Shown: positions 23,413 to 34,283 of the stretch, in pieces
Layout: each line of letters begins with the position of its first letter
Numbering within the stretch: the stretch's first letter is position 1
Virus record (IMG/VR): IMGVR_UViG_3300037991_001833
Location: 1 to 35,689 of that record
Direction: 5' to 3' (one strand)
Source of the DNA: a virus
Taxonomy: Duplodnaviria; Caudoviricetes
DNA: 35,689 nucleotides
The notes under the pieces: model-generated
Databases searched by the model: none
The model's input: only the letters and a program-made list of their open reading frames with translations
Told to the model about the DNA's origin: nothing
Made by a program: the position numbers and the translations under genes

Positions 23413-25323
23413 GTGGCCGATTACGGTGTAAATATAAAATTTAATATTGTAGGAGAATCTGGTCTTGATAGAGCAAAAAAGAAAGCAGAGGAATTAGCAA
23501 AAAGTGTAGATAGTATTCGTGGTATTGACATAGAAAATCCTAGAAATGTTGGAGGAAAAGGAGGAAAAAAATCTCGTAATCAAATAAAAAAATACAGACA
23601 AGATATGGATAATCTTGTAAAAGATATTAATAAAACAGGAGAAGCCTTTGGCAAAACTAATGATATACAAAACGCAACAGCAGAATCTTTACAGAAATAT
23701 GTTAATCAAGTAGAAAGAGGAACACCAAGACATAAAGCTGCTACTAATGCTTTAAAAACACAAACTAAAAATTTAGATTTAAATAATAGTCAATATCTTA
23801 AAAATACTAAACTTCAGCAAGCAAACACAAAAGCAACTAACCAGAACTCAAAAGCTAAACAACAGAACGCTAAATATCAGAGAGGCAATATGGGCAATAT
23901 TGCTAGTAGTGCAATTATCGGTGGTGCGTTTCCTTTACTATTTGGGCAAACAGGTGCAGCAGCAACAGGCGGTGCAATCGGTGGTTTAGCAGGAGGGATG
24001 CTAGGAGGACAATTTGGATTTGCATTATCAATCCTTGGAACTGCGGTAGGGCAATTTACAACACAACAAGACAAAATGAATGAGTCAGTAGCTCAACTTG
24101 ATTTTGTATTAAGAAATGCTGGTAGTTCTGCAGGATTTACTAGAGATAATATTAGAGAACTTGCAACAGCTTTAAATATAACTAAAGAAGAAGCTACTCA
24201 AATGGCTGGTGCATTTGCAAGATTTGGAGACACAGGACAAGCTGCTGCTTTTATTTTTGGGGATAATCCTAATACTTTTAAAAATTTAGCTGCTGTACAA
24301 GATACTAGAACTGCTATGGCAGCTATTTTAGATACAAGTAATAAATTGAGTATTCAACAACAAATTCAATTATTAAGAGAAGCAAAAATAACAGGATTTA
24401 AAAATTTGCAACTTTCGGTATCTAAAGCACTATTAGAAGCAAATCTTGAAGCAGAATTAGCAACTGCTAGACAAATAAAAAATGTAGATAAAGCAAGATT
24501 TATTGTTAGTGAATTTTTTCGTATTACTAATTTAATAGCTACTTTTGGACAGGTTGATTTAGGAGAAGTTGATCCAGGTTTATTTTTAAATGCTGCTCAA
24601 AGAATGGAACAACGTGTTGCAAAAGTTTTAGAAAAATTTGAGGAATTAGAAGAAGGATTGCCAACCATTCAGGAATTAATGAAAGAGCTTAATAGAGAAA
24701 TGGAATCCATGAGCTATTCTATTCCTACCGCTATGGATAAAACATCAGCAGAGCTTAGAAAACTGATGTCAACTTCTTTTATGGTTGTAACAGCAGCCGA
24801 AACTATTGGAAATGCTTTTGGAGAATCATTCAAAGGTATTGTGAAAGGTTCAATGACAGCACAAGAAGCATTAAGAAATTTATTTATGCGTACAGCAGAT
24901 GCGTTTTTAGATATGGCAGCACAGATGATTGCACAACAAATAAGAATGAAAATATTAGGAATTGGATTGAGATTCTTTGGAGGAGGTAGTGGTGGTGAAA
25001 CTGATGTTTTTGCAGGTAAGGGTTTCACTGCAGCAACACCAGGCGAAGTTACGATGAAGAATTTTGCTAATGGTGGTAGACCTCCCGTTGGTAAGCCTTC
25101 AATAGTAGGAGAAAGAGGTCCAGAACTTTTTGTTCCTAATAGTGCAGGTACTATAATTCCAAATCACAATCTTGGTTCAACAACTGTAGTAGTAAATGTA
25201 GATGCTTCTGGTTCTTCTGTTGAAGGAGATGAAGAACAAAGTAGAGAACTTGGTCGTATGATTTCAGTTGCTATACAATCAGAATTAATTAAACAAAAAC
25301 GACCAGGAGGTATGCTTGCATAA
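23413..25323 (+). CDS. Tape measure protein
   Basis: Helical Ala/Gly-rich; C-terminal FANGGRPPVG...VGERGPELFVP and RPGGML. Confidence 0.92.
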   Translation: MADYGVNIKFNIVGESGLDRAKKKAEELAKSVDSIRGIDIENPRNVGGKGGKKSRNQIKKYRQDMDNLVKDINKTGEAFGKTNDIQNATAESLQKYVNQVERGTPRHKAATNALKTQTKNLDLNNSQYLKNTKLQQANTKATNQNSKAKQQNAKYQRGNMGNIASSAIIGGAFPLLFGQTGAAATGGAIGGLAGGMLGGQFGFALSILGTAVGQFTTQQDKMNESVAQLDFVLRNAGSSAGFTRDNIRELATALNITKEEATQMAGAFARFGDTGQAAAFIFGDNPNTFKNLAAVQDTRTAMAAILDTSNKLSIQQQIQLLREAKITGFKNLQLSVSKALLEANLEAELATARQIKNVDKARFIVSEFFRITNLIATFGQVDLGEVDPGLFLNAAQRMEQRVAKVLEKFEELEEGLPTIQELMKELNREMESMSYSIPTAMDKTSAELRKLMSTSFMVVTAAETIGNAFGESFKGIVKGSMTAQEALRNLFMRTADAFLDMAAQMIAQQIRMKILGIGLRFFGGGSGGETDVFAGKGFTAATPGEVTMKNFANGGRPPVGKPSIVGERGPELFVPNSAGTIIPNHNLGSTTVVVNVDASGSSVEGDEEQSRELGRMISVAIQSELIKQKRPGGMLA

Positions 25324-25670
25324 TGGCTACGTTTCCTTCAATAAAACCTACATACGGACAACAAAAAAGATCCGCACCAAATACTAGAACAATTCGTTTT
25401 GCTGATGGTTATGAACATAGAATATTATTTGGATTAGCACAACATCAAAATCCTAAAGTTTATAACTTTACTTTTAATGTTTCTGAAGTGGAAGCAGATG
25501 AAATAGAAACCTTCCTTGATGCCCGTGCAGAAGATAATGATAGTTTTGATTTTACTGCTCCAGGAGAAGCTACTGCACAGAAATTTGTTTGTGAGGCATG
25601 GAATAAATCTATACCTTATAACAATAGAGCTACAATACAGGCAACATTTAGAGAAGTATTTGAACCATGA
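25323..25670 (+). CDS. Distal tail protein (lambda gpM-like)
   Basis: F.DGYE.R...G; IETFLD; ATFREVFEP. Confidence 0.9.
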   Translation: MATFPSIKPTYGQQKRSAPNTRTIRFADGYEHRILFGLAQHQNPKVYNFTFNVSEVEADEIETFLDARAEDNDSFDFTAPGEATAQKFVCEAWNKSIPYNNRATIQATFREVFEP

Positions 25671-26245
25671 GTACTGCTCCGATTATTACTGATCTACAAA
25701 AGATCAATCCTTCAGCAATAATTGAATTATTCAGTATTACAACTGATGCTGCATTACATGGATCAACAGCTACTTATAGATTTCATAACGGAACAAATGC
25801 ACTAAGTAATGGAGATATTATCTGGGCTGGTAATACTTATATAAAAATGCCAATACAGGCAGAAGGTTTTGCTTTTAGAAAAGGTCAATTACCCAGACCA
25901 ACACTTACTGTCAGCAACGCACTTGGAACTATTACTGCTATTTTGCTGAACGTAAACTCGATAACAACAGGTAATGATTTAACAGGAGCTACTGTGACAA
26001 GAATTAGAACTTTGGCACGTTATCTTGATGGAGCTAATTTTGCTGGTAATACTAATCCACTTGGAACACCAGACCCTACAGCAGAATTTCCTCAAGAGAT
26101 TTACAAGATTGATAGAAAATCAGCAGAAAATAGAGAAGTTGTTTCCTTTGAATTAGCTGCTGTTTTTGATCTTGCTGGTGTTCGTGCTCCCAAAAGACAA
26201 TGTACTAGAACAGAGTTTCCTTCGATTGGTACGTTTATAGCATGA
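25667..26245 (+). CDS. Minor tail protein (lambda gpL-like)
   Basis: IELF, PIQAEGF, PRPTLTVSN, RIRTLARYLD, FELA, PKRQC. Confidence 0.9.
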   Translation: MSTAPIITDLQKINPSAIIELFSITTDAALHGSTATYRFHNGTNALSNGDIIWAGNTYIKMPIQAEGFAFRKGQLPRPTLTVSNALGTITAILLNVNSITTGNDLTGATVTRIRTLARYLDGANFAGNTNPLGTPDPTAEFPQEIYKIDRKSAENREVVSFELAAVFDLAGVRAPKRQCTRTEFPSIGTFIA

Positions 26246-26943
26246 ATTGGAAAGAAGAAGCACTTACTCATGCGAAAGACCAAGACCCTAAAGAGTCTTG
26301 TGGTTTATTGTTAAATATTCGAGGAAAAGAAAGATATTATCCTTGTCGTAATCTTTCAATGACAGATCATCAATGTTTTATTATCGACCCAGAAGATTAT
26401 GTAAAAGCCGATAATACTGGAGAAATAACAGCCGTTGTTCATAGCCACCCTGTAACACCTCCAACTCCTAGTCAGGCAGATAAAATTAGCTGCGAACAAA
26501 GTAATCTTCCGTGGCATATTGTTAACCCAAAAACAGAACAATGGGGGTATTGCGAACCTTGTGGATATAAACCACCTTTACTAGGTAGACCTTGGGTTTG
26601 GGGCGTAACTGATTGTTGGAGTTTAGTAAGAGATTGGTATAAAGAAGATAAGAATATTGAACTTAGAGATTGGGATAGACCTACAACACCAGAAGAGTTT
26701 ATTCTTAATCCTTTATTTGAAACTTGTGCTTGGAGAACTGGTTTTAGAGAACTAAGGCCAGAAGAAAAAACAATGAATGGAGATTTGTTATTTATGTCTA
26801 TTGGATCTCCTGGTTTAAATCATGTAGCTATTTTTTTAGATGGAGATGTTTTACATCATTTAACCGATAGACTATCTTGTAGAGAGCCTTATTCTCAATG
26901 GTTATTAAAATGCACAGGAGGGAGGTATCGTTATGTTGCGTAA
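26242..26943 (+). CDS. Tail tip assembly protein (lambda gpK-like; JAB + NlpC/P60)
   Basis: ESCGL, HSHP...PS.AD; DCWSLVRDWY, NHVAIF. Confidence 0.92.
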   Translation: MNWKEEALTHAKDQDPKESCGLLLNIRGKERYYPCRNLSMTDHQCFIIDPEDYVKADNTGEITAVVHSHPVTPPTPSQADKISCEQSNLPWHIVNPKTEQWGYCEPCGYKPPLLGRPWVWGVTDCWSLVRDWYKEDKNIELRDWDRPTTPEEFILNPLFETCAWRTGFRELRPEEKTMNGDLLFMSIGSPGLNHVAIFLDGDVLHHLTDRLSCREPYSQWLLKCTGGRYRYVA

Positions 26944-27544
26944 ACTGAAGCTATATGGCGAACTTGCAGAGTTTGTAGGTCATAAAGAATTTGAAATACA
27001 AGTAGATAGTCTTGCCAAAGTAGTTAGTTTTCTTGTTAATAATTTTCCTCAAGTAGAAAAATATATGAATCCTCAATATTATCAGGTAAAAGTTGGTAAT
27101 TATGCTGTCGATGAAGAAGAAATATATCATCCTATAGGCCAAGAAGATATACATATTGTTCCTGTTATTAGTGGTGCTGGTGGTGGAATGAGGAAAGTTT
27201 TATTAGGTGCTGCATTAATTGGTATAGCTTTTGCTACAGGTGGTGCGAGTCTTACAAAATCGGGATTAGTATTTGAAGCCTCAAGATTAGGTGGAGCTTA
27301 TTTAGCACAAGCATTTGTTTATACTGGAGCATTTTTAGTTTTAAATGGTGTTTCTGAAATGCTGTTTCCTTTGCCAAAACCAAAAGAATTTAAATCAGAA
27401 CAAGATCCACAATTATCATTTAGTTTTTCTGGTACGCAAAATACATCAAGAGCAGGTACTCCTGTTCCAATAGTCTATGGAGAAATAGTAACAGGATCAG
27501 TTGTTATAAGTGGAGCAGTCGATACTCAGCAGGTACAAGCATGA
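26933..27544 (+). CDS. Tail assembly protein (lambda gpI-like)
   Basis: LYGELA, IHIVPVISGAG, SFSFSG..N....G.PVPIVYGE..TGS.VIS. Confidence 0.92.
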   Translation: MLRKLKLYGELAEFVGHKEFEIQVDSLAKVVSFLVNNFPQVEKYMNPQYYQVKVGNYAVDEEEIYHPIGQEDIHIVPVISGAGGGMRKVLLGAALIGIAFATGGASLTKSGLVFEASRLGGAYLAQAFVYTGAFLVLNGVSEMLFPLPKPKEFKSEQDPQLSFSFSGTQNTSRAGTPVPIVYGEIVTGSVVISGAVDTQQVQA

Positions 27545-30500
27545 CCAAACCTAAAATTATCAGAGGATCTGGAGCACCTTCTCCTCCTACCCCACCTCAA
27601 CCAACCAGAGCACCTGATACTTTACACAGTAGGCAGTTTGCTACCTTTCTTGATCTTATTTCTGAAGGAGAGATAGAAGGTTTTGCTACTGCTTCAAAAG
27701 AAGGTAGAACACAAGGAACTGCTGCATATAATAATGCTGCATTAAAAGATGTATTCCTTAACGATACTCCTGTTTTAAAATCATCTGCTGATTCTACTAA
27801 TCCAACTACAACTGATTTTAACTTTCAAGATGTGACATTTAATCCTCGTTTTGGAACGTCAGGTCAAACAAAAGTTGAAGGTATTGAAAGTAGTTCTTCT
27901 GTAACGGGAGTAGGTGTAACTGTTACTCAATCTTCTCCAGTTACAAGGCAGATCACAAATTCAAATGTTGATGCCGTTAATGTAACTATTACATTACCTC
28001 AATTACAAAGAGCTACAGATAAAGGAGATTTATTAGGTTCTTCTGTTCGATTAAAGATAGCAGTTCAATATAATTCTGGTGGTTTTACTGATGTTATTGA
28101 TGACACTATTACAGGTCGAAGTGCTGATGCGTACCAAAGAGATTACAGAATAAATCTTACAGGTGCTTTTCCTGTTGATATAAGAGTTACAAGAGTAACA
28201 GCAGATAGTACAACTTCAAGTCTTATTGATGCCTTTGCATGGACAAGTTTTGGTGAAATTATTGATGATGCTTCCACTTACCCGAACAGTGCTTATGCTT
28301 CTGTCAGATTGGATTCTATGCAGTTTCAATCAATACCAACAAGAAAGTATCGTATTCGAGGAATAAAAGTAAGGATTCCTGGTGCTGGTGCAAATAGTTC
28401 TGGAACTCCAACTGTTGATGCTGATACTGGTCGAATAATTTATCCAGATGGATATATTTTTAATGGAGTTATGGGTGCTGCTCAATGGTGTTCATGCCCT
28501 GCGATGGTGTTATTAGACTTACTTTTAGACACACGCTATGGATTTGGAAATCACATAACAGAAAGTTCTCTTGATCTATTTTCTTTTGTTACTGCTAGTA
28601 AATTTGCAAATACATTGGTATCAGATGGATTAGGAGGACAGGAAGCTAGATTTAGTTGTAATGTAAATATTCAATCATCAAGTGAAGCATTTGATCTCAT
28701 AAATGAACTTGCAGGTGTTATGAGATGTATGCCAATATGGTCTGCTGGTAGTATTCAACTTGCACAAGATAGTCCAAAAGATGCAAGCTATTTATTTAAT
28801 TTATCTAATGTAACTTCTGAAGGATTTAGTTACTCAGGAAGTGGATTAAAGACAAGAAATACTGTAATTTCTGTTTCTTACTTCAATATGGATAGTAGAG
28901 AAATAGATTATGAAGTTTATGAAGATACCGCTTCGATAGCCAAGCTAGGAGTAATTATTAAACAGGTAAAAGGATTTGCGTGTACATCCAGAGGTCAGGC
29001 TAGAAGATTAGCAAAAGCTATTTTATTTGCTGAACAAAATGAAAGTGAAATTGTTACTTTTGGAACTTCAATAGATTCTGGAGTTGTTGTAAGACCTGGT
29101 GCTGTTATAGAGATAGCTGATCCTGTACGTTCTGGTGTAAGGAGAGGAGGAAGAATAAGTGCTGCGACAACGACTGAAATAACTGTAGATGATTCTGCTG
29201 CAACTGATTTGGCAACAACAAATAATCCAACTTTATCTGTTATTTTACCTGATGGAACGATGGAAACTAAAGGTGTCTCATCTATCTCAGGTGCAGTAAT
29301 TACAGTTGATAGTGCCTTTTCTCAAGCACCAAATGTAAATGCAGGTTGGCTTTTACAGAATGATACAGTTGAAGCTCAAAAATTTAGAGTGATAACAGTA
29401 GAAGAATCTGATGGTATAAATTATGCGATTACCGCTTTATCTTATGTAAATGCTAAATATGCTTTTATTGAAGATGGTGCAAGTTTACCCACAAGAACAG
29501 TATCAATATTAAACCTGCCAAAAGATCCTCCATCTGCACTACAGGCTGAAGAAAAAATTGTTGTTATCAATAACCAAGCCGTATCTAAGTTAATTCTTAG
29601 TTGGCAACCTATTGTCGGTGTTACACAGTATCAGGTTAACTATAGATTTAATAATGGAAACTTTGTATCACAGACAGTATCTTCTCCTGATTTTGAAATA
29701 TTTAATAGTGATGTTGGAACGTATGAGTTTCAAGTATTTAGCTATAACACAGCATTACAGACGAGTGCTACTTCTGCCAATTTAACTTTCACAGCACAAG
29801 GTAAAACTGCCCTACCAGGAAATGTTACTGGATTAACCGCAGAGCCTATTAGTGAAAAGTTAGTAAGATTACGTTGGAATTTATCTACTGACGTTGACGT
29901 TATTCATGGTGGTCGTGTTTATGTAAGACACTCCACAAAAACTGATGGAAGTGGCACATTTACTAATTCTGTTGATTTGATTGAAGCGTTAGCTGGTAAT
30001 ACAACAACTGCGGAAGTTCCATATCTTGAAGGTGAGTACATTCTTAAGTTCAGAGATGATGGAGATAGATTCAGTCCAGGAGAGACAAGTGTAATCATTG
30101 ATCTTCCTGATAACCAAGCTCCTTTAATAACACAGACCAGAAGAGAAGATACTGATAGTCCTAAGTTTCAAGGAACAAAAACTAGTATTGATTTTGATTC
30201 TGCTACAGGAACTATTAACTTAGCTGGTTCTGGGTTGTTTGATACGATAACTGACTTTGATGCTATTGGTTCTTTAGATGATTTTGGTGGTATTGCAAGT
30301 TCTGGTACTTATGATTTTGGTGGAACTGCTGGTGGAGATACTTTAGATTTAGGTGGTGTGTTCAGTCTTGATCTCAAACGTCACTTCCTGACAGAAGGTT
30401 TCTATCCATCAGATTTATTTGATTCGAGAGGTTTAATTGATGATATTACTGATTTTGACGGAGCTACAGCTACAGAGGTTAATGCTGAAATGTTAGTAAG

Positions 30501-30945
30501 AGTTACGCAAGATAATCCCAGTTCTGGATCTCCTACCTATTCTGATTTTCAAACCTTTGCAAATGGTACTTATAAAGGCAGAGGATTTCAGTTTAGGGCT
30601 AAGTTAACAAGTAATGATACTGCACAGGATATAAGAGTTTCACAGTTAGGCTATACAGCATCTTTACAGAGAAGAACAGAACAAGGTAATGTTATTGCAA
30701 GCGGAGCAGGTGCAAAGGCTGTTACGTTTACCAATCCGTTTTTTGTTGGTACTTCTTCCTTGCTTGGAGCAAATTCCAATCTACCCTCTGTTGGCATTAA
30801 TGCTCAGAATATGGCATCTGGAGATTACTTTGAAGTGTCCAGTATATCTGGAACGGGTTTTACTGTTCACTTTAAAAATTCATCAAATGCTTCGATTGAT
30901 AGAAATTTCACTTATCAGGCTGTCGGATTTGGTAAAGGAGGGTAG
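27541..30945 (+). CDS. Central tail fibre / tip attachment protein (lambda gpJ-like) with FnIII repeats
   Basis: DLISEGEIEG, YPNSA, RGIKVRIP, EARFSCN, ACTSRGQARR. Confidence 0.93.
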   Translation: MTKPKIIRGSGAPSPPTPPQPTRAPDTLHSRQFATFLDLISEGEIEGFATASKEGRTQGTAAYNNAALKDVFLNDTPVLKSSADSTNPTTTDFNFQDVTFNPRFGTSGQTKVEGIESSSSVTGVGVTVTQSSPVTRQITNSNVDAVNVTITLPQLQRATDKGDLLGSSVRLKIAVQYNSGGFTDVIDDTITGRSADAYQRDYRINLTGAFPVDIRVTRVTADSTTSSLIDAFAWTSFGEIIDDASTYPNSAYASVRLDSMQFQSIPTRKYRIRGIKVRIPGAGANSSGTPTVDADTGRIIYPDGYIFNGVMGAAQWCSCPAMVLLDLLLDTRYGFGNHITESSLDLFSFVTASKFANTLVSDGLGGQEARFSCNVNIQSSSEAFDLINELAGVMRCMPIWSAGSIQLAQDSPKDASYLFNLSNVTSEGFSYSGSGLKTRNTVISVSYFNMDSREIDYEVYEDTASIAKLGVIIKQVKGFACTSRGQARRLAKAILFAEQNESEIVTFGTSIDSGVVVRPGAVIEIADPVRSGVRRGGRISAATTTEITVDDSAATDLATTNNPTLSVILPDGTMETKGVSSISGAVITVDSAFSQAPNVNAGWLLQNDTVEAQKFRVITVEESDGINYAITALSYVNAKYAFIEDGASLPTRTVSILNLPKDPPSALQAEEKIVVINNQAVSKLILSWQPIVGVTQYQVNYRFNNGNFVSQTVSSPDFEIFNSDVGTYEFQVFSYNTALQTSATSANLTFTAQGKTALPGNVTGLTAEPISEKLVRLRWNLSTDVDVIHGGRVYVRHSTKTDGSGTFTNSVDLIEALAGNTTTAEVPYLEGEYILKFRDDGDRFSPGETSVIIDLPDNQAPLITQTRREDTDSPKFQGTKTSIDFDSATGTINLAGSGLFDTITDFDAIGSLDDFGGIASSGTYDFGGTAGGDTLDLGGVFSLDLKRHFLTEGFYPSDLFDSRGLIDDITDFDGATATEVNAEMLVRVTQDNPSSGSPTYSDFQTFANGTYKGRGFQFRAKLTSNDTAQDIRVSQLGYTASLQRRTEQGNVIASGAGAKAVTFTNPFFVGTSSLLGANSNLPSVGINAQNMASGDYFEVSSISGTGFTVHFKNSSNASIDRNFTYQAVGFGKGG

Positions 30946-30970
30946 AATAGGCACAATGTTACTTTTTTAA

Positions 30971-31555
30971 ATGGCAGAACACGATTTTATAATTGATAAC
31001 GGGACAGGAAGTGCAGTCCGTAGTGACATCAATAGTGTTTTACAAGCTATTGCGTCTAATAACAGTAAGTCTGGTGCGTTGACAACCAATTATGCGTTCC
31101 AATGGCACGTTGATACATCTGATGGACTTTTAAAGATAAGAAATGCAGCAAATAATGGATATGTAACTGTAGGAACAGCAGCCAGTACTAATTTAGGATT
31201 AATGCCTCAAGCTGGAGGTACTTTTACAGGAAAGATAACTCATAACTATACATCTAGTCTTACAATTCCATCTGGTACAACGGCTCAGAGAGATGGCAGC
31301 CCTGCTGTTGGTATGTTAAGACATAACTCAACTCTTAATCAGTTTGAAGGCTATAACAATGGAGCCTGGGGTGCTATTGGTGGCGGTGCTGGAGCTACGG
31401 GAGGCGGTACAGATGAAGTGTTCTTTGAGAATGACCAAACTGCAACAACTTCTTATAGTATTACTGCTAATAAACACGCTCATAGCGTAAGTCCTACAAT
31501 TAATAACGGAGTCACGATTACCGTGCCTTCTGGTGCAAAATTAGTTATCCTATAG
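30971..31555 (+). CDS. Tail fibre adaptor/proximal protein
   Basis: VRSDIN.VL.A, W.VDT..GLLKIRN, PSGTTAQR, GGGAGATGGGTDEVFFEND. Confidence 0.8.
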   Translation: MAEHDFIIDNGTGSAVRSDINSVLQAIASNNSKSGALTTNYAFQWHVDTSDGLLKIRNAANNGYVTVGTAASTNLGLMPQAGGTFTGKITHNYTSSLTIPSGTTAQRDGSPAVGMLRHNSTLNQFEGYNNGAWGAIGGGAGATGGGTDEVFFENDQTATTSYSITANKHAHSVSPTINNGVTITVPSGAKLVIL

Positions 31556-31557
31556 TT

Positions 31558-32139
31558 ATGCCAATAGCAATCAACGGATCAGGAACAGTTACAGGAATCT
31601 CAGTAGGAGGTTTGCCTGATGGTTGTGTCGATACAGATACATTAGCAACTAGCGTAACAAGGGGTAAAATTCTTCAATTGCTATCAGTTACAAAAACTGA
31701 TACTCAAAGCATTGCACAATCTGCTGGCACTACAGATATTAGTGGTTTATCAATAACAATTACACCTGCAAGTTCATCAAGTAAATTTTACATTACAGGT
31801 AAAGTTCAAGTATCACAGCAATACGCATCTAATGGTCATATACAAATAGATGTAAATGGAACTGACGTTGGCAAAGCAGATGCAGCAAGCAACAGACCTA
31901 TAAGCCATACAGGTATAGGTTACCCTGCTACTACTGGTTATAGTCAATATTCCACTTTTCCTGTAGCTATTGATTTTTTGGTAAACGCAACTGATGGAAA
32001 TGCACATACTATAAAACTTCAAGGTGTAGAAGTAAGTAGCGGTGTAACACTTTACATTAACAGATCACAAACTGACCCTGATAGTACTGCTGGAGCAAGA
32101 TATGTTTCAACACTAACAGTCATGGAGGTAGCAGCATAA
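31558..32139 (+). CDS. Tail fibre / receptor-binding subunit
   Basis: GKILQ, ISGLSITITPASSSSK, STLTVMEVAA. Confidence 0.75.
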   Translation: MPIAINGSGTVTGISVGGLPDGCVDTDTLATSVTRGKILQLLSVTKTDTQSIAQSAGTTDISGLSITITPASSSSKFYITGKVQVSQQYASNGHIQIDVNGTDVGKADAASNRPISHTGIGYPATTGYSQYSTFPVAIDFLVNATDGNAHTIKLQGVEVSSGVTLYINRSQTDPDSTAGARYVSTLTVMEVAA

Positions 32140-32462
32140 TGTCTTTAGATCACGAAGCTATTTATAAAGCATATCCTGATGCTGTAACTGTTGATGATGG
32201 CACAGGTGCTTTTGATAAAGATGGAAAATCTGTAACTCTTGAGCAAAGCAAAATAGATGCTGCACGAACCACACTAGATGCTGAAGCTGCTGCTGTTAAG
32301 TACAAAACCGATAGAACAACTAATGGTTCTACTGTTTACGCTTCTTTTGGAGATCAACTTGATATGTTGTATGTCGACATGAAGGCAGGTAAACTAGATA
32401 CAACTGGAACGTGGGCAACCCACATCAAAGCGGTTAAAGACGCTAACCCAAAACCTAGTTAA
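32139..32462 (+). CDS. Tail fibre assembly chaperone-like protein
   Basis: YK.DR...Y...GDQLDMLY...IKAVKDANPKP. Confidence 0.7.
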   Translation: MSLDHEAIYKAYPDAVTVDDGTGAFDKDGKSVTLEQSKIDAARTTLDAEAAAVKYKTDRTTNGSTVYASFGDQLDMLYVDMKAGKLDTTGTWATHIKAVKDANPKPS

Positions 32463-32464
32463 TT

Positions 32465-33685
32465 ATGGCAAGTATTAAGCTAAAACATAGCGGTGGAAAT
32501 GGAGTTATCATAGCTGCTCCAACCAGCAACCCTGCATCAGATAAAACGCTTACATTACCTAGTGATGTTGATGGAACGGTTGTTAGTAAAGATTCATCAA
32601 ACAGTCTGCAAAATATAACTGGTGTTAATGGAGGGCAGTTAAGTAATAGACGCATTAATATAAATGGTGCAATGATTTGTAGTCAAAGGGGAACTTCGTT
32701 TACAAATATAGGTTCAGCAGGCGATTATGATGACACATACACATTAGATAGATTTTTTATTTCTCAAGGTCTTTCTGCTGGTAGATGTTCAGTAACGCAA
32801 GAAAGTGATGCTCCTTCTGGATTTTCTAAAAGTTTAAAAATAGCTACTACGACTGCCGATACAAGTATTGCTGCTGGTGAATATCATAGATTACTAACTA
32901 ATTTTGAAGGACAGGATCTACAAAGATTTGCTAAAGGTACTTCTGATGCAAAACAATTTACTCTTAGTTTTTATTGTAAAGCAAATGCTTCAGCGACTTA
33001 TGTAGCTGAACTTCGAGATACTGATAACAACAGGACAATATCTAAAACATTTTCTGTAACTACAAGTTGGACAAGAGTTGAATTAACTTTTGCAGCCGAT
33101 ACGACAGGTGCATTTAATAGTGATAATTTACTTAGTATGGAGCTTGCTTGGTGGTTCCATGCTGGTTCAACGTATAGTTCTGGAACACTTCAAACAAACT
33201 GGGGTAGTAATACTGCTGCTAATCGTGCTGTTGGGATAGATTCTATATTTGATAGTACAAATAGAACATTTTTTATTACAGGAGTTCAATTAGAAGTAGG
33301 CGACACGGCAACAGATTTTGAGCATAGGACATTCGCACAGGAGCTTCAGCTTTGTAGACGATATTATATACTATGGATTGAGGGAGATCAAAAGTTTGTT
33401 TGTTTTGGAGATCACTACTCTGCGACACAAGTTGATGGAGGTGTACAATTGCCTGTTGAGATGAGAACAACTCCAACAATAGATGCTAATACTGGTGCTA
33501 ATTATTACACTATATTTTCAGCGGGTGGTTCTTGTAATATAGATGGCGGTTTAACAAGTTATAAAACAAACAAAAATGGAGTTTTATGGTATGCGACAGG
33601 AGATTCCTCAAGAACTGCAGGTCATGCTAATCGTTGGATTAGCAATAATGCCTCAGCAAAAATTGCTTTTTCAGCAGAACTTTAA
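32465..33685 (+). CDS. Tail fibre with carbohydrate-binding-like domain
   Basis: NRRININGAM..SQRG, LDRF, TLSFY, ITGVQLEVG..ATDFEHR...EL.LC.RYY, FSAEL. Confidence 0.85.
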   Translation: MASIKLKHSGGNGVIIAAPTSNPASDKTLTLPSDVDGTVVSKDSSNSLQNITGVNGGQLSNRRININGAMICSQRGTSFTNIGSAGDYDDTYTLDRFFISQGLSAGRCSVTQESDAPSGFSKSLKIATTTADTSIAAGEYHRLLTNFEGQDLQRFAKGTSDAKQFTLSFYCKANASATYVAELRDTDNNRTISKTFSVTTSWTRVELTFAADTTGAFNSDNLLSMELAWWFHAGSTYSSGTLQTNWGSNTAANRAVGIDSIFDSTNRTFFITGVQLEVGDTATDFEHRTFAQELQLCRRYYILWIEGDQKFVCFGDHYSATQVDGGVQLPVEMRTTPTIDANTGANYYTIFSAGGSCNIDGGLTSYKTNKNGVLWYATGDSSRTAGHANRWISNNASAKIAFSAEL

Positions 33686-33687
33686 CT

Positions 33688-33858
33688 ATGTCATTTATTA
33701 AATACAAACTATATAAAGACCCTATCTCATCAGAGATTAATGTTGTAAATAAAATCTATACAAATAGAACGTTATCTATTCCATTTGACGAAGCAAATAC
33801 CGACTACCAAGAGTACCTTGAGTGGGCTAAGACCAACACCGCAGAGGAGGCTGATTAA
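33688..33858 (+). CDS. Small fibre-associated chaperone-like protein, 56 aa
   Basis: Hand-translated MSFIKYKLYKDP...IPFDEANTDYQEYLEWAKTNTAEEAD. Confidence 0.8.
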   Translation: MSFIKYKLYKDPISSEINVVNKIYTNRTLSIPFDEANTDYQEYLEWAKTNTAEEAD

Positions 33859-34283
33859 TGTCAACACTTAAAGTCACTAATGTTGCACACGAAACAAGCA
33901 CATTAAACACGCTTGTATTTGATAATGGTGGTGGTTCTGGTAACGGAAGAGTTACTACAAAAGGAACTATCGGAGAAATATCTGCTGTCTCTTACGCATC
34001 TACAATCACATTAGATTTTAGAACTGCTAATAATTTTTCTACAACACTTACTGGTAATGTTACCTTTGCCAACCCTTCTAATATCTCTGCTGGACAGAGT
34101 GGTGTTTTGTTTATAACTCAAGATGGTACAGGAAGTAGAACCGCAGCATTTGGGTCGTATTGGGATTTCAGTGATGGCACAGCACCTACATTATCAACAG
34201 GTGCAAACCAGGTTGATGTTATTGCTTGGATAGCACGAACCAATACAAACATAGCTGCACAGTTTATTGGAAACTTTAGCTAA
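33858..34283 (+). CDS. Tail fibre-associated protein
   Basis: ITLDF..ANNF..TL.GNVTFANPSN..AGQSG..FITQDGTGSRT. Confidence 0.8.
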   Translation: MSTLKVTNVAHETSTLNTLVFDNGGGSGNGRVTTKGTIGEISAVSYASTITLDFRTANNFSTTLTGNVTFANPSNISAGQSGVLFITQDGTGSRTAAFGSYWDFSDGTAPTLSTGANQVDVIAWIARTNTNIAAQFIGNFS

